A stretch of DNA of 64,000 bases, taken from Fimicolochytrium jonesii (taxonomy: Eukaryota). Under the pieces are notes generated by a model. That model was given only the letters and a program-made list of their open reading frames with translations, searched no databases and was not told the origin of the DNA. The stretch covers positions 558,001 to 622,000 of the forward strand of contig NW_026515679.1 of NCBI RefSeq assembly GCF_025526975.1. The letters run 5' to 3'. The position numbers and the translations under genes are program-made. Positions 39,161 to 51,625 of the stretch are shown piece by piece. Positions within the stretch are counted from its first letter, which is position 1; every line of letters begins with the position of its first letter.

Positions 39161-41213
39161 GCGTATGTAGGCTACAACAATAGACAGATTTGCGTAGAAA
39201 ACCTCGGCGTACGGGTGGATGTTAGACATGGAGGGGAGAAAAAGGACCTTTTCCAGTGGTAGATGTTTGACTCCATCTTACTTCTCTCGGATCATAACTG
39301 GCCGGGCCAAAATTGCATAAGCCTCACATATGCAAAAGAAAAGATCCCCACCGTACTATCTGCGTACACGAGAAACCATCTTGATCCCGCACAACGTTTG
39401 AGGCGTGGAAAACTCTGTATCTATTGAACAAAAATTAGCAATCTCATCCTTGATGTTGCGTGGATGAAAATGCCGATCAGAGTTGGTCGACGGTGCAGCG
39501 TTGATGGGTCCGGTATGGATAACGGCCGCGTGACTAATCCGCGGATGTTGAGTGCCCGAATGCGCGACGATAGTCATATGCGAGGCGAGGTCGAATCAGC
39601 GTATCAGCGGCGATGAACGATACGGGTGGAGTACGCCGACGCCGACGTCGCCGCTCTGTCGAACGGTCCGACACAGCGGACGCCCCGCGGCGGCAGAGCC
39701 CGTGCCTAGGCTGGCGGCGCCTTCCTCCACCAGTACCAGTGAGGGGGCCGCCATGCGCTAGTCAAGCGCACCCTCGGCGTGCGTTGCCGATCGAGCGCAT
39801 GGGATGCGGGGCTATCGATAGGGCCCACATTAAGCTGCATGTGAAGTCCATCGTCGTGGACAGCTCCATGCTGCAATCGGCACTCCAGGCAGTCATCGAA
39901 TGGCGCACCAGCGCCGCCCGGCTTGCTATACCCTGCGCGAAGGACAGGCCCGGGGACTCGTGGATGTCGTGAACATCGTATGGGAGAATGAGCCTCGTGG
40001 GAAATGATCGAGGCCTCGGCTTCGGCGTATCGAGAAGAATGTTGAGAGATCCTCATGCAGGAGGACATCATCGATGCCAAGACGAAATCGTCTGTGCGCT
40101 GCAGCGGACCCGCCAGCAGCAACGCTGCATCAACACACACCGTACGGCGTAGGGTCTCCACAGCAGCCGCCGTACGATTTCGGGAGTGCGCCAATGCACA
40201 GATCTCGTTGGCGCACATGGACCAAACATCCGCCATCCGTCAGCGACAATCTGCCGATCGCATCGTACAATACGCTCGTAAGCAGGTATGCGACATCGAG
40301 CATATAGCCCATGATTGAGACCGACGAACCAATGCCCTGTGATACTGATCGACGGAACCTTCATCGACAGCAAACTCATCCTCCCATCTTCTCTCTTGAT
40401 GATTCAATGGTTTGCCAGTATCCTTGCACGTGGGACCTTTACGTGCCCGCCATCTTGGCTGGTGAAAGTTTGTTGGATGGATGCACCTTGGCGGTGGGTT
40501 TCAAAACGCTGTTTAGGAGTGAGATGAGCAAGATCAAACCAGGCATATAGACAGGGATGCCCGCTAGAGAGCGTTCGGAAGCATCGCTGAAAAGGAGCGC
40601 GAGCAGGAATGCTTTGCTGCCGGAAATCGGTGCCCGATGTACATCGTGTGCACAGGTGGTGCGCATCTGTGTGTTCTAGCAGGGATATGGTGATATGGAC
40701 TTGTGTTTTTCTCTTATTCCAAATGATAAGCGCTTTTATGGACATTCCGGTCTTTGGCCCCATATATATGCATCCGCTGGCACCGCATAGAAAAGCTCCA
40801 GGCTATCGGTCGGTTTGAACTTAGAGAGGGCCAGACGTGATTATTTCATCCCATCGGAAGGCCACTCGTGGGACCCATCGCTTAGCGGGCTTCCAAACTG
40901 CGCCTTCAATGCGGCAGATGTGGAAGAAAATGTTTTCAGAAGCAGGCGATTGTTTCATTAATTGCCATCCTTCACTCCTGATCTTATTTGCCCAAAATTC
41001 CCAAAAACCCTAGCCCACTGCTCCCTGTCAACACATCAAAGGATACGCCGCCGAAGTGCAGCTGCCGCGAACTAGAAGCTACAAACGTACGCCGGTGCAG
41101 AGGCGGTGAGCGATACGACCCAAATTCTGTGTTCGCCAAAGGTGCGAGCGCTTCTACCCCGTTATGCCTCTATGCGGCTTGACCATCGGACGCCCTCGAG
41201 ACATGCTTCGCGC

Positions 41214-42434
41214 TCACTGAATCGATTTGCTCCACTTTCCCTCGCTCATCGGGAATATCTCGCCAGGATAGACGACGGATAAGTTTCCGGGCTCGTCAGG
41301 GTAATGCACGTAGTATCTGAGGCCTTTCCTTCCCTCCTGCATAAGTAAGGGCTGATTAGTCCCCAAGCCCATGAAAAGCAGAAAGCACCAGCGAGTATAG
41401 CTCACCGAAAGAACTTTCTTGATTTCCGCCGTATAAAACTCAGTGGACATCTCTCGCCTTTTACCAACCCGTGCCAGGTTGAACAGCGCGTACACCATGG
41501 TCCCGACCTCTAGCGCGTCTTGGCGCGGTGCGATATAGTCCACTATATCGTCCGGCGACACGTCCCATTCGCTTTCCAAAGATATCGGGTCGGGATCGGG
41601 ATCGCTTATGCGGTATGTCCCTTTGATGGGGTCGTATGAGTCGAGGCGGACGGAGTATACTACGGCGCGTGGTCCACCCGATTCTTGGATTGTGAAGGAC
41701 GCGGCGACGGTCTGGCCTGTGTGGAGGTTCTTGGGGCCGATTGTAGGGCCTTCCTGATGTGGGATGGGCGATGTGGGACGGGTTGTGGAGGGAGTTTCAT
41801 CCATAGGCGACGGATCCTGTAAGATCGGGATGTCCGGGTTGCTGACTTTTGATAGATGTGAGTTTTTGGTCCGCTTCTTAACTTCTGGCTTCTTGGGAGT
41901 GATTCCGTCGGATGGTCCTTCTTCAGGCTGTCGAGCACGTTTCCCTTTCTTTCCATCAGCTGGCCCTATGTTATAGAGTGCGTCAGATTTCAACGACAAA
42001 TGCTAGCTTAGAGTTTTGGAGATATCAACCCAATCAACCCACCGGCAGCAGCGTTTCCACCTCTTGCTTCATCTAATGTCTCAGCTTCCTTTAGCAAATC
42101 CTCCTGCCCTTCCCATATCTTCTTCGCCTCGGCTTCAAAATCCACACCGTCAAAGACTGCTAGACTGGCCATAGACACAGCAGTCAATATTGTCTTCCTT
42201 TTGACATCGAACACGAACTTCCCGTGCCTACCTATCAAGCTCCCGCTCCAGCCATTTTCGCAGCTCCTTCTTAAACCCCTGCTTGCTCAACCCTGCTTTC
42301 TCAGACAAGGCTCTCTGGGCAAGAATCACCAGACTGTCAAACTCTGCGCTGATACGTTGGTCTATGGTGGCATTGGCGTCGGACTGTAAAAATGCGTCTA
42401 GCTGCTTCTTTCGGAGATCCTGTAGGGTTGTCAT
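41214..42434 (-). CDS. Divergent Sgf29-like protein (N-terminal helical region plus tandem Tudor)
   Basis: GQTVAA..GTYRISDPDPD (Tudor1) and GTMVYALF..STEFYTAEI..YYVHYPD (Tudor2). Exons are joined via inferred GT-AG introns with a ctgac-type branch point. Confidence 0.6.
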
Positions 42435-42809
42435 TGGGGACTCGATGTCTTCCAAGTGCCTGGTTGGGGTTCCTTAGTGCAGTCACGCAATGCTGGGGAA
42501 GGGTTAATACCAGGGTTAATACAGTTGTGGGTGGGTGGCTGGCTTGGTTCAACTGCAACTGTTGGCAGGTGACGCACGAGGGCACGTCATGCCATCATTC
42601 GCCCATCTTCCCCGTGAGGAACTGCCCGGCTAGCTTTTCTTTCGCAACCTGAACCTGAACTATACAGCATCCCTCGAACAACAACACTCTTTCCCTGTAA
42701 GTCCAGTGTCATCCTTCCTCCTCAAGCGTCAAAGTCACCCACTCTCCGCATCAGCGTCCAACTCACCGTCGTCATCTGTCTTTAGATCTCCCAATAAAAC
42801 ACAACAATC

Positions 42810-44604
42810 ATGTCCGTCCCAATCGCAGTCCCAACCCCCCTCGCTTTCAACGTGCCCCCCGCTTTCTCAGATATCGGGAAAACTACAAACGACTTGCTCA
42901 ACAAGGACTTCCCTCTCGGTGCCGCCAAGCTCGAAGTCAACACCTTCACAAACAACGGTGTGGTATGTGATTTGGGATTCGATAGCCCGTGGGAAAATCT
43001 GTGATGAGCTCGACCGATAGCGAATGCGGACTGCGGCGCGCGAAGCAAGGTTCAGGGGATGCTTGAGGTGGCCGAGCCATAGGCGAGCCCCTGGTTCGCT
43101 CTGGGAGACCGGGCGCGGGCGGACCGAGTTCCGCGCCGCAGGCGCAATTCTAGCAAATGAAGCGAGCAGTAGTAACTGTGAGCAATAGCGACCGATCGCC
43201 GTTGTTAGGCGGGCGAAGCGAGCTTCTGCTCTAACTGTGAGCGACAGTGGACGGCCGTTTTTATTGCACGTCGTCCAACATCCTGGTCGCAAGCGGAGCG
43301 AGCAGAATGTTGTCCAACCATTGCGCAACCATCGCGCAACCTCTCATCCACTCTCACACACACATCGCTGGTGATTGACTTTCTCTTGGTTCTCTCAGAA
43401 ATTCACCGTCCTTGGAGCAAAGGACAACAAGACTGGCGCCATTGCCAGTGAGTTGAAGGCCAAGCATATCGACAAGGCTCGTGGTATGTATCCGTCGAAC
43501 ACTTGTCTGTCTCTCATTAATGTCCTAGCCTAAGTTCTTTCGTCATCCGCACATAGGCGTTACATTCACCGAATCGTGGACCAGCAGCAACATCCTCGGC
43601 ACCCAGCTCGAGCTTGACAACACCCTCGCCCGTGGTTTGAAGGTCGACGTCGCTGCATCGCTTTTGCCCGCCAAGGGGTGAGTTGAGAAATTAAGGAAGG
43701 ATTCGGGAAGGAGGCAACATTCGCGACCGGAGTGGACATGGAGATGAGCAGACCTCGTAACGGGACTCCTCAAGGGAGAAGTGAACATCAGCGCTGAACA
43801 TGAATCGCACTTCCTTGCAGAACCAAGAACCTGAAGGCCGGTGTCGAATACAAGCAGGACCACCTCTTCACCCGTGCTTTCGTCGATCTCTTCAGGGGAC
43901 CCGCACTTCACGCCGATGCCGTCGTTGCGTACGTATATCGCGTAGATTCGGGACATGTCATTATAATGCTAAACTGTTCTTTGTGATACAACAGAAACGA
44001 CGGATTCTTGGCAGGAGGTGAAGTCGCCTACGACATCTCGGAAGCCCGTCTGACCCGCTCCAACCTCGCCTTCGGATACCTCGCCCGCGAGTACACTGTT
44101 GCTCTCCACGCGTAAGTCCATCCACATCACAGCCTCTACATCTTCCACCACTTTCCACCTCGCCAAAAACAACTTTTGACACCCGTTATCCCCACGTTGT
44201 TTCCATAGGTCCAACGCCCTCAACACCTTCGCCGCCTCCTACTACCACCGTGTCAACACCGACGTCGAAGCCGGCGCCAAAGCCACCTGGACGCGCTCCA
44301 CCGACAACGACGTCCACGTCGAGGTCGGTACCAAGTACTTTTTGGACAACGAGGCTTTCGTCAAGGTAAAACCTCCCCTCATCCCTCACTCTTTTCGAAT
44401 TTGTCTTCCGGCTTTGCTGAGTACCAACACCTTTTTGTGTAATATTATTTTTAGGCGAAGATCGACAACCGCGGCCTCCTCGGACTCGGATACACCCACC
44501 TCCTTCGTAAAGGCGTCAAGCTCTCTCTCGGCGGGCTCTTTGACACCACGAGGTTCCATGAGAACACCCATAAGCTTGGTTTGGCTCTCACGTTGGAGGC
44601 GTAA
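42810..44604 (+). CDS. POR1: Mitochondrial porin VDAC, multi-exon
   Basis: PPAFSDIGKTTNDLLNKDF, ASYYHRVN, EVGTKYFLD..FVK|AKIDN, HKLGLALTLEA*. Confidence 0.95.
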
Positions 44605-45039
44605 GCGGAGAAGAAAGATGAGGTGAAATAATATCTTCAACATATAACATCGAATGCAAAATGGCCTCGTAGTCGTTATCCCCAACTCTTCCTTGCGAGC
44701 CTGTTTATCGATTCACTGGATACTCTCGTCATTTGTATGTGTAAACCTTGTATCGTACTGCACGTGTATGAGAAAATGGAAACTGGTATCTCGAGCAAGC
44801 AATGTCAAACGGGCCCAACGCTGTTTCACGAATATATACAGTCCACGTATACAAAAAAAAGAGGGTCGCGAAACAAAGGGGAGACAAGAGCGGAAATATG
44901 CACACGAGAATCCCTTGCGTCCCATGCGGGCATTCTGCAATAGCCCGGTCGTCAAGACCGAACCACGCCGTTCAGTCCTATCCCAGTCCCCCCCCCCCCC
45001 CCCCCCCCTCGCCCCCCCGGTAGTCCCCCGCAAACGCAT

Positions 45040-46885
45040 CTAAACCCCCGCCGCAACCAACGCGGCATCCAAATCCTCCAATAAATCCTCCACATCCTCG
45101 ATGCCGACACACAGCCGTATCAGATCCTCCGGCATTGCGCGCTCGGCTCGTACGTGGGCCGGGATGGAGGCGTGGGACATTTTGCATGGCATGCTGGGGG
45201 GGGGGGGGGGGGGGGGAACGGGCCATCAACATCCATATCAGAGCATCAAAGGGGGCCATGAGAGCAAATGAGAGAGGGGTTGAGACATACCTGATAAGGG
45301 AGTTAACACAGCCAAAACTCACACTGATAGTCCAGAGCCGACACGCCTCCACGACCCGTTCGCTCCGTCTCACGTCCCCCGTCTCGAAACTCAGCACCGC
45401 CCCAGGTCCCCTCGCCAACGTCCGATGCAGCTCATACTGCGGGTGGGAAGCCAACCCGGGGTACCGGACGCGGAGATTGTGGTGTTTCTCGAGATGTGTG
45501 GCGATGGTGAGGGCGGAGGACTGTTGTTTGTCCATGCGCAGGGCGAGGGTCTTGGTGCCGCGGAGGAGGAGGAACGCGTCGAAGGGGCTGAGGCCGACGC
45601 CGGTGGCGTTTATTATGAAATAGATTTTCTAGATTCCGAGGGGGAGGCGGGGGTGAATACGAGGAGGGTACAATATAGAAATTGTGACGTGACGATACTC
45701 ACGGCGGCAAGGGTCTCATCCTTGATCCCGACAACACCCGCCATAAGGTCGTGATGCCCACTCAGGTACTTTGTCCCCGAATGGTACACGATATCCGCGC
45801 CCTGCAGGAGGGGTTTCTGAAGGTATGGGCTCATCATGGTGTTATCCACGACCACCAACGCGTCCGGGTTCGCCGCATGCACCAAGCTCGCAATCTGGGG
45901 CACGTCGGCGATTTTGATGAGCGGGTTGGTGGGAGTTTCCAGCAACACGAGGCGGGTTTTGGAGGAGAGGCGGCCGGAGATGCAGGAGAGGGATGTGGTA
46001 TCGACATGATGGACTTTGACGTTGTTATGCGTTTGAAGGAAATTGAGGAGGCGATTCGTCCCGCCGTACAGGTCGTCTCCCGAGATGATCTCGTCACCCG
46101 CGTTCACCAACCGACAGATGGTGTCGAGTGCGCTCATCCCGCTGGAAACGACGAAGGCGCGTTTGGCGCCCATGAGTTTGGCGAGGTGGGCTTCGACGTG
46201 GGTGCGGGTGGGGTTGCCGCTGCGGGAGTAGTCGTATTCGCCCATTTCGGAGGCTGCGGATTGCTTGAAGGTTGCGGTTTGGTAGATGGGGACCGAGCTG
46301 GCGTTGTAGTTGTCCCGGATGCCGGTTTCGGGCTCGATGAAGACGCATTCGGTGCCGGGGCGGTACCTCGTTGTGGAGGGTTCGGGGACTGTTGGGTCAA
46401 ATGGGTCCACGTCGTCAGAGGAGTCTAGTGAGGTCTGTAAACCATCTTGTGCGTTGGGGATCGCCTTTGTCGGTGAGCCATTTGCCTCTGAAATGAGAGT
46501 TGAGTGTCAGTGTGGGCGATGAATGAAGCGAAGGATGGATGAAACGATATCCTGCTCGCTCCGCCTCGGCGCTCGCTAATACAGTGGGCTCAGTAGCGCT
46601 CGCGTGCGTACCTTTCGAACCATTCACAGACAACTGCCTAACCGCCTCAACAACAGCAGCCTCGGTCGCGGCCTGAATCCCTTCACTCGTATTACTCTTC
46701 GCGGTCGCCGTCGTCGTCGCCGATAGTCTCCTCCTTCCAAGTCCTTCTCTCAGTGCATTAGGAGGCGGATATTCGCCCTCAAAGAAGGGCGTGACAGTGA
46801 CCCCTGCGGCGAGTTCCAACATTTCCTCAGTGTTTGGAGTGAGCATGGGAGGGTGAGATGGTGGTGCGCAGGTTAAGCGTGCCAT
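45040..46885 (-). CDS. STR3: Cystathionine beta-lyase, multi-exon
   Basis: PIYQTATFKQ, EYDYSRSGNPTR, PLP-lysine motif HSGTKYLSGHHDLMAG, ISVSFGCVNSLI|SMPCKMSHASIP. The start is uncertain (46885 or 46846). Confidence 0.9.
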
Positions 46886-47326
46886 GGGAGGAAAGTACAG
46901 TGGTAGCGAGTAGGGTTGACGGTGGTGGTAGTGGAAATGCAAGTGACGTTCGTTCTGATATCTTATTCTGGACGTCGGTTCTAGTGTCTCCCTTATACGA
47001 GGCGGAGTGTGACGTTTCCGTTGAGAATGGGTGGGTGATCTATATGTAACTGAGTTTGAATTTCAGCCTGCCGGTTGATATATGCCCTTTTTTGAGAGAG
47101 CGAGAGCGAGAGGGGTTGCCAGTATTTGGGGGGAAGCTTCCTTCAGCAGCAGCACATGAAAAAAAGGCCCAGTCATAGACTCATAGCCATAGCCCCCGTC
47201 GATACTGTATGTCTGTTCTCATAATGGGCCTGCACCATAGCGATGATTGCGCATGCATCCACGATACGGAGTCTCATCAGTCAGCGCGCGCGTCCATTTG
47301 GGGGGGAAATGCATAGCGATGATGTG

Positions 47327-47441
47327 ATGACTCAGTGGGAATTGGGACCCCCCCCGACTGCGCACATGTCACAGCCTCGAGTCTGCCCACTCGGTGCCCC
47401 CATCCATCTCTCACATGCTCACGAGGCGTGAGGTCACGTGA
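47327..47441. promoter_or_regulatory. Candidate Gcn4/CpcA (TGACTCA) and Cbf1-type (GTCACGTGA) sites upstream of cystathionine beta-lyase
   Basis: ATGACTCAG at 47327-47335 and GTCACGTGA at 47433-47441. Confidence 0.45.
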
Positions 47442-47507
47442 GGCGTCATGTACTGTATTGACGTTTTTAGCACGAGTAACCCACTTCTAGTCAATCCCAT
47501 TGGGAGG

Positions 47508-47554
47508 ACGCGTTTTATGTAAGCTCTACAAACGCGGTTTATGTAAGCTCTACA
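47508..47554. repeat. 24-bp-period tandem duplication
   Basis: acgcg(t/g)tttatgtaagctctaca twice. Confidence 0.9.
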
Positions 47555-47777
47555 GTCAATCGTGAGAGGGAAGGCAAGTCTTAACCATGTTGGATTGAGA
47601 AAAGCTTCTCGTCCATTTTCATTACAAGACATAGCGTACGTACATGTGCACCTTAGCAAAATTACATTATTGTGGAAAGGGTGTTTACTGCGGGATAGGC
47701 CGCCGATACAACGTACATATCTACATAGAGTCTTGCGGTGCTCAACACCACGCATTAAACCTCGCATACGCAATACA

Positions 47778-50700
47778 TCACACACCCAACCCCGCCGCCG
47801 CATATCCATGAGCGCCATTCGCATCAATCGCACTATGCCCACCACTCGCCCCATGCCCATCATGCGCCCCATGCCCCCCACCCGCATCATGTCCATGCTT
47901 CTCACCCGCCTCCTTCCCCTCCCTCTCGCCACCGCCTCTCGTCGCCAAGAACACCATACTCCCCACAAACCGCCACCCACTCAACGCACACACACTCCAC
48001 AGCATGAACGTCAGAAACCGGTTCGTGCGGCCCTTGCCCGCGTCCCCGACAAACACGCCCAGCTTCTCCGCCACCGACGCGGTGGTCAACGCAGCCACGA
48101 GGCCGACGTTGCAGAGGACCCAGAAGAGGACGACGCGGGTGCGATACAGCCGGAAATAGTCTTCCTGTCGCAGGGCCGCGGAGCGTGTATCTGTTTTCGC
48201 GTGTGTTTTGGGGGGCGGGGCGAGGGCGGCGAGGAAGCTGTCGTAGCTGGCGTCGATGTCGTGTTGGTGCACGGGGAGGTCGACGGTTGCGGTTGTGATT
48301 CCTTTAGTGGAGTCCTTTGTGCAGTGCACGGGCGCGACGTCCGGGGCCGAGTTGTCGCCTTTGGTGCCCCAGGAGATGTCGTGGAGGTTGCCGAAGGCGT
48401 AGACAGTTAGGACCAGCTGTTGTAGGGGTGCCGAGGTGGAAGTATGTGAGTAAGAACCCCGGTCCGTTGACGAAGATGCAAGATGACCGGTACCATAAAC
48501 CCCGGCAAAAACAGCAAATACTGCACAAACGAGTTGAGCATATGCCACGGATCCAGGTACGCCACGCTTGCAATCACGTACGCGCCGTACGTCGCTGCGG
48601 TTGACATGACCAGGTCTCTGAACGATGGGTTGGCGAGCAGCGAGGGCAGCGAGTGCAGGGACGTGTGCACAGTGCCGTCGGCGGAGGTGGTGTGGATGGT
48701 TGTGAGGGCGGAGCTAATGGCGACTTTTATGGAGAATGCTGACTGAGCGGGGTGGGGATGTTAGTGCGTGCGTCCATAACCCCCCGTGTCCGATGCTACT
48801 CCACAGCGCACTCACCATATAAAGCATCAGAACCATAATCCCCGCAAACAGCCCAAACACCGCAACGTAAAGCCACAGACTCCCCTGCGGCCGATTGCCC
48901 AAACTCGCAATAAAGACCGTCGCAATCGCAAACACATACAACTGCCTCACCGTCCAGAAGATCACTTTGCCCGCTCCATAAAAAGGGTCTCTCGCCGGAT
49001 CAGTTGTCATCCCGTCCGCCAAAAAGTAGAAAATCAGGTAAAACGTCGCGAGCGAGAACCAGTTGAATATGACATTCACCGCGTTGTAGATGAGGAGGGC
49101 GAGGATGAGGAGTGTGCGTTCAGGGGTATGTGAGGACCGGAAGAGTTGGTAGAAGTGGGTGATTGCGTGGATACCCGCGAAGAAGGAACCGTTGAGCCAG
49201 CGGCGGCGTTGGGAGATGAATTCGGGGAGGGTGTCGGGGACGTCGGTTTCCGCTTTTGCGGCCGAGACGTAGCGAAGGGTGTAGCGGGAGTTGCGTTTGG
49301 TGACGAGTTCGAAGCAGAGGATGCGGTCTTCGGCCTGGGGGGGGGGGGGGGGGGGGGGACGTACCAGATGTGAGCTTCACCAACAGTATCCCAATCACCT
49401 CCACCCTCCGAATTCTTACCAAATACATGTTGGCTTCGGAAACATGCACACCGCCACTCCCCCCATGCATGCGCTCACCCAAGAAGTACTTCTGCAACGG
49501 CCCCGTCCCGTCCGCCCCGTTCTGCAGCGCCTGGTAGCGGTACGCGGAGAAGGCGCCGGGTAAGACTGCGATGAAGCCAAAGACCTGCATATCGGGCGAC
49601 TGTTAGATGACGGATATACGATTCCAGACCAAAAAACCAAGCAAAACTCACACTCTCCATCGGTTTATCCAATATACAACTCATTTTATACTCAAAATTC
49701 TGCGCGGCCACCAACGGGTTCCACAACTTCCACCCCCAGCTCCCCGTCTCCGCGGCAATCTCCCCACAAGCGCCCGCGCAATGCTCGTCGGAATCAAACG
49801 CCTTCCACAATCTATACAACGAGGGATCGGTCGGTTTGGTGCCGACATCGAGGAGCACGCAGATGTGTGGATTCAGTTGTTTCGCAAAGGCGTTGAAGAA
49901 CCACCGATGGGAGTTTATCTTCTTGGCGTTTTTTTCTTTGAGGCAGAAGATGGTTTGCACGGGGATGACTGTCCCGCCCGATCTGAAGAGGCTGGTTGAG
50001 GAGGCGGTCTTGCTACTCCGCAGCGAATGGCCGTCCCCGGCGTCGATGCATATCTGGGTGGTGTATTCGAACAAATGCACGGCGACGTCGGTGTTGTTGA
50101 TGGAGGTCTTTAGAACGCCTTGTTGGAAGACGCCCATGACGCCGAGGACGTTGAGGGTGCGTGGGTTGATCTTTGTGCGGCCGTCGGCGACGACGCAGAC
50201 GACGACTTTTTGCCAGCCGAGCGGGCCCCATGTGTCGGTGTTTTTGGAGCAGAGGTGCACGATGTTTTTCATGACGGCTTTCCACGTTTTGCAGAAGAGC
50301 GTCTCGTCTTCGTTGTACATTGTCAACACAACAAAGATCTCCGTCCTTCGTCCCATCTCCTGCGCTCGCAATGTATACCCCCTTGACACAAACTCGTCCG
50401 GATCGCCAACCACCGCCGTGTACCGCAGATGCGTGCACTCCCGGCCCCTCTCAGTTCCTTGTTGGACTACCTTCGCGGGCACGGGGATCTCAACCTGAAA
50501 GAGGCCGTTGGGTGTCAACTCGATGGTTTTCATGGTCTTGTGGCGGAAGAGCGTGCCTGGGCGTCCGCCGCGGGGGTTGGTGGGCGGGGAGAGGTAGGAG
50601 GGCTGGGAAGGCGTGTAAGCTAGTGGGTAGGCGAAGTTGAAGGTGTGGGGGCTTGGGGTTGGGGCGAAGTAAGGGTTGAGTGGGGATACATAAGGGTCTT

Positions 50701-51226
50701 GGACGTAGGGATTTTGCTGTTGCTGCTGTTGCGTCTGGGGCTGGTATTGCAAGGGATCTTTCATGGACCGGGATGGGGACGCTGTGGACCCGTATCGTGG
50801 GAAATTTGGATGATCTGGTGCTGATGTGTACGGTTGCTGCTGGACGTGGTGTTGGGGGGCGTACCCACCGGGCCCGTCGGGGTATGCGAGCGTGGCGGAA
50901 GACATGGCGTTCCGTGAACCATCGTATCCAACGTCGTAGATCTGGTACGTTGGTGCGATGCTGACATGGGGATCGGTGGCTTGACCGCGTGTTGCTGCTG
51001 CTGCTGCTGGAGAGGAGGATAGTACGGCGGTCCCATTACTTAGATCAGATCCGAGAGTTTGCGGCTGTGGATATGCTGATTGGGTGTAGCGAGGCGACTG
51101 TCTGTGTGCGGCGGCTGAAGAGCGTGGTCGATCCGGGCTGCGATGGGTAGCGGCTATTGATGCGCCTGTTGCAGCGGACATGGACGGTGGTGGTGCTGCG
51201 GGGATGGAGGAGTGGATGTCGTGCAT
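47778..51226 (-). CDS. Chitin synthase, division 1 (class I/II-type), multi-exon
   Basis: [77 protein letters not shown]. Confidence 0.95.
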
Positions 51227-51625
51227 ATTTTCTGGGCTTCGGAAGTGCGTGTAGAAAGGCTTCGGGTCGGCTATGTCGGGAATGCTCTTCTGTAAACTGT
51301 GCGGAAGTCGAGAAGAGCGCAGACCCGAAGGAGAGAAGCGAATTGGCAGAGACGCTTCTCGACGCACACGCACGCTGACGCACCCGAAAATCGACGAATC
51401 TCCAACGTCAAGGCCGTCAAGAATTTTATTCGTACGGCCGTCACGGAGTTCAAAGATCTGCTCAAATCCAGTGCCGCACCGCAATGTTCAGGGCGAGGGT
51501 GAGGGCTCCACGGGGTAAAACGACAGCAGTGCGCACAGATTGCAGGGGTTTTGACAGCTTATTGTGAGGATCCCACGCGTTCGTTGCAAACAGCTAAAGC
51601 ACGCATTCATAACATGTGGTTGTCC

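Noticed and set aside
42989..43030. GGGAAAATCTGTG resembles RNase P CR-I; TGATGA-stem-GAA resembles a hammerhead core; GCGAAT resembles HDV J4/2
   Set aside because: There is no room for RNase P P1-P3 upstream and no clear CR-V. The hammerhead needs CUGANGA and GAAA (here GUGAUGA and GAAU), and no HDV P3/L3 was found.
43678..43820. Possible C/D snoRNA in a VDAC intron (GAGATGA...CTGA)
   Set aside because: The C box is imperfect and no recognisable rRNA guide was seen.
47562..50498. Long antisense ORFs over chitin synthase (similar ones over CRT10, STR3, ENA and UBX)
   Set aside because: These are shadow ORFs produced by codon bias, with no independent motifs.
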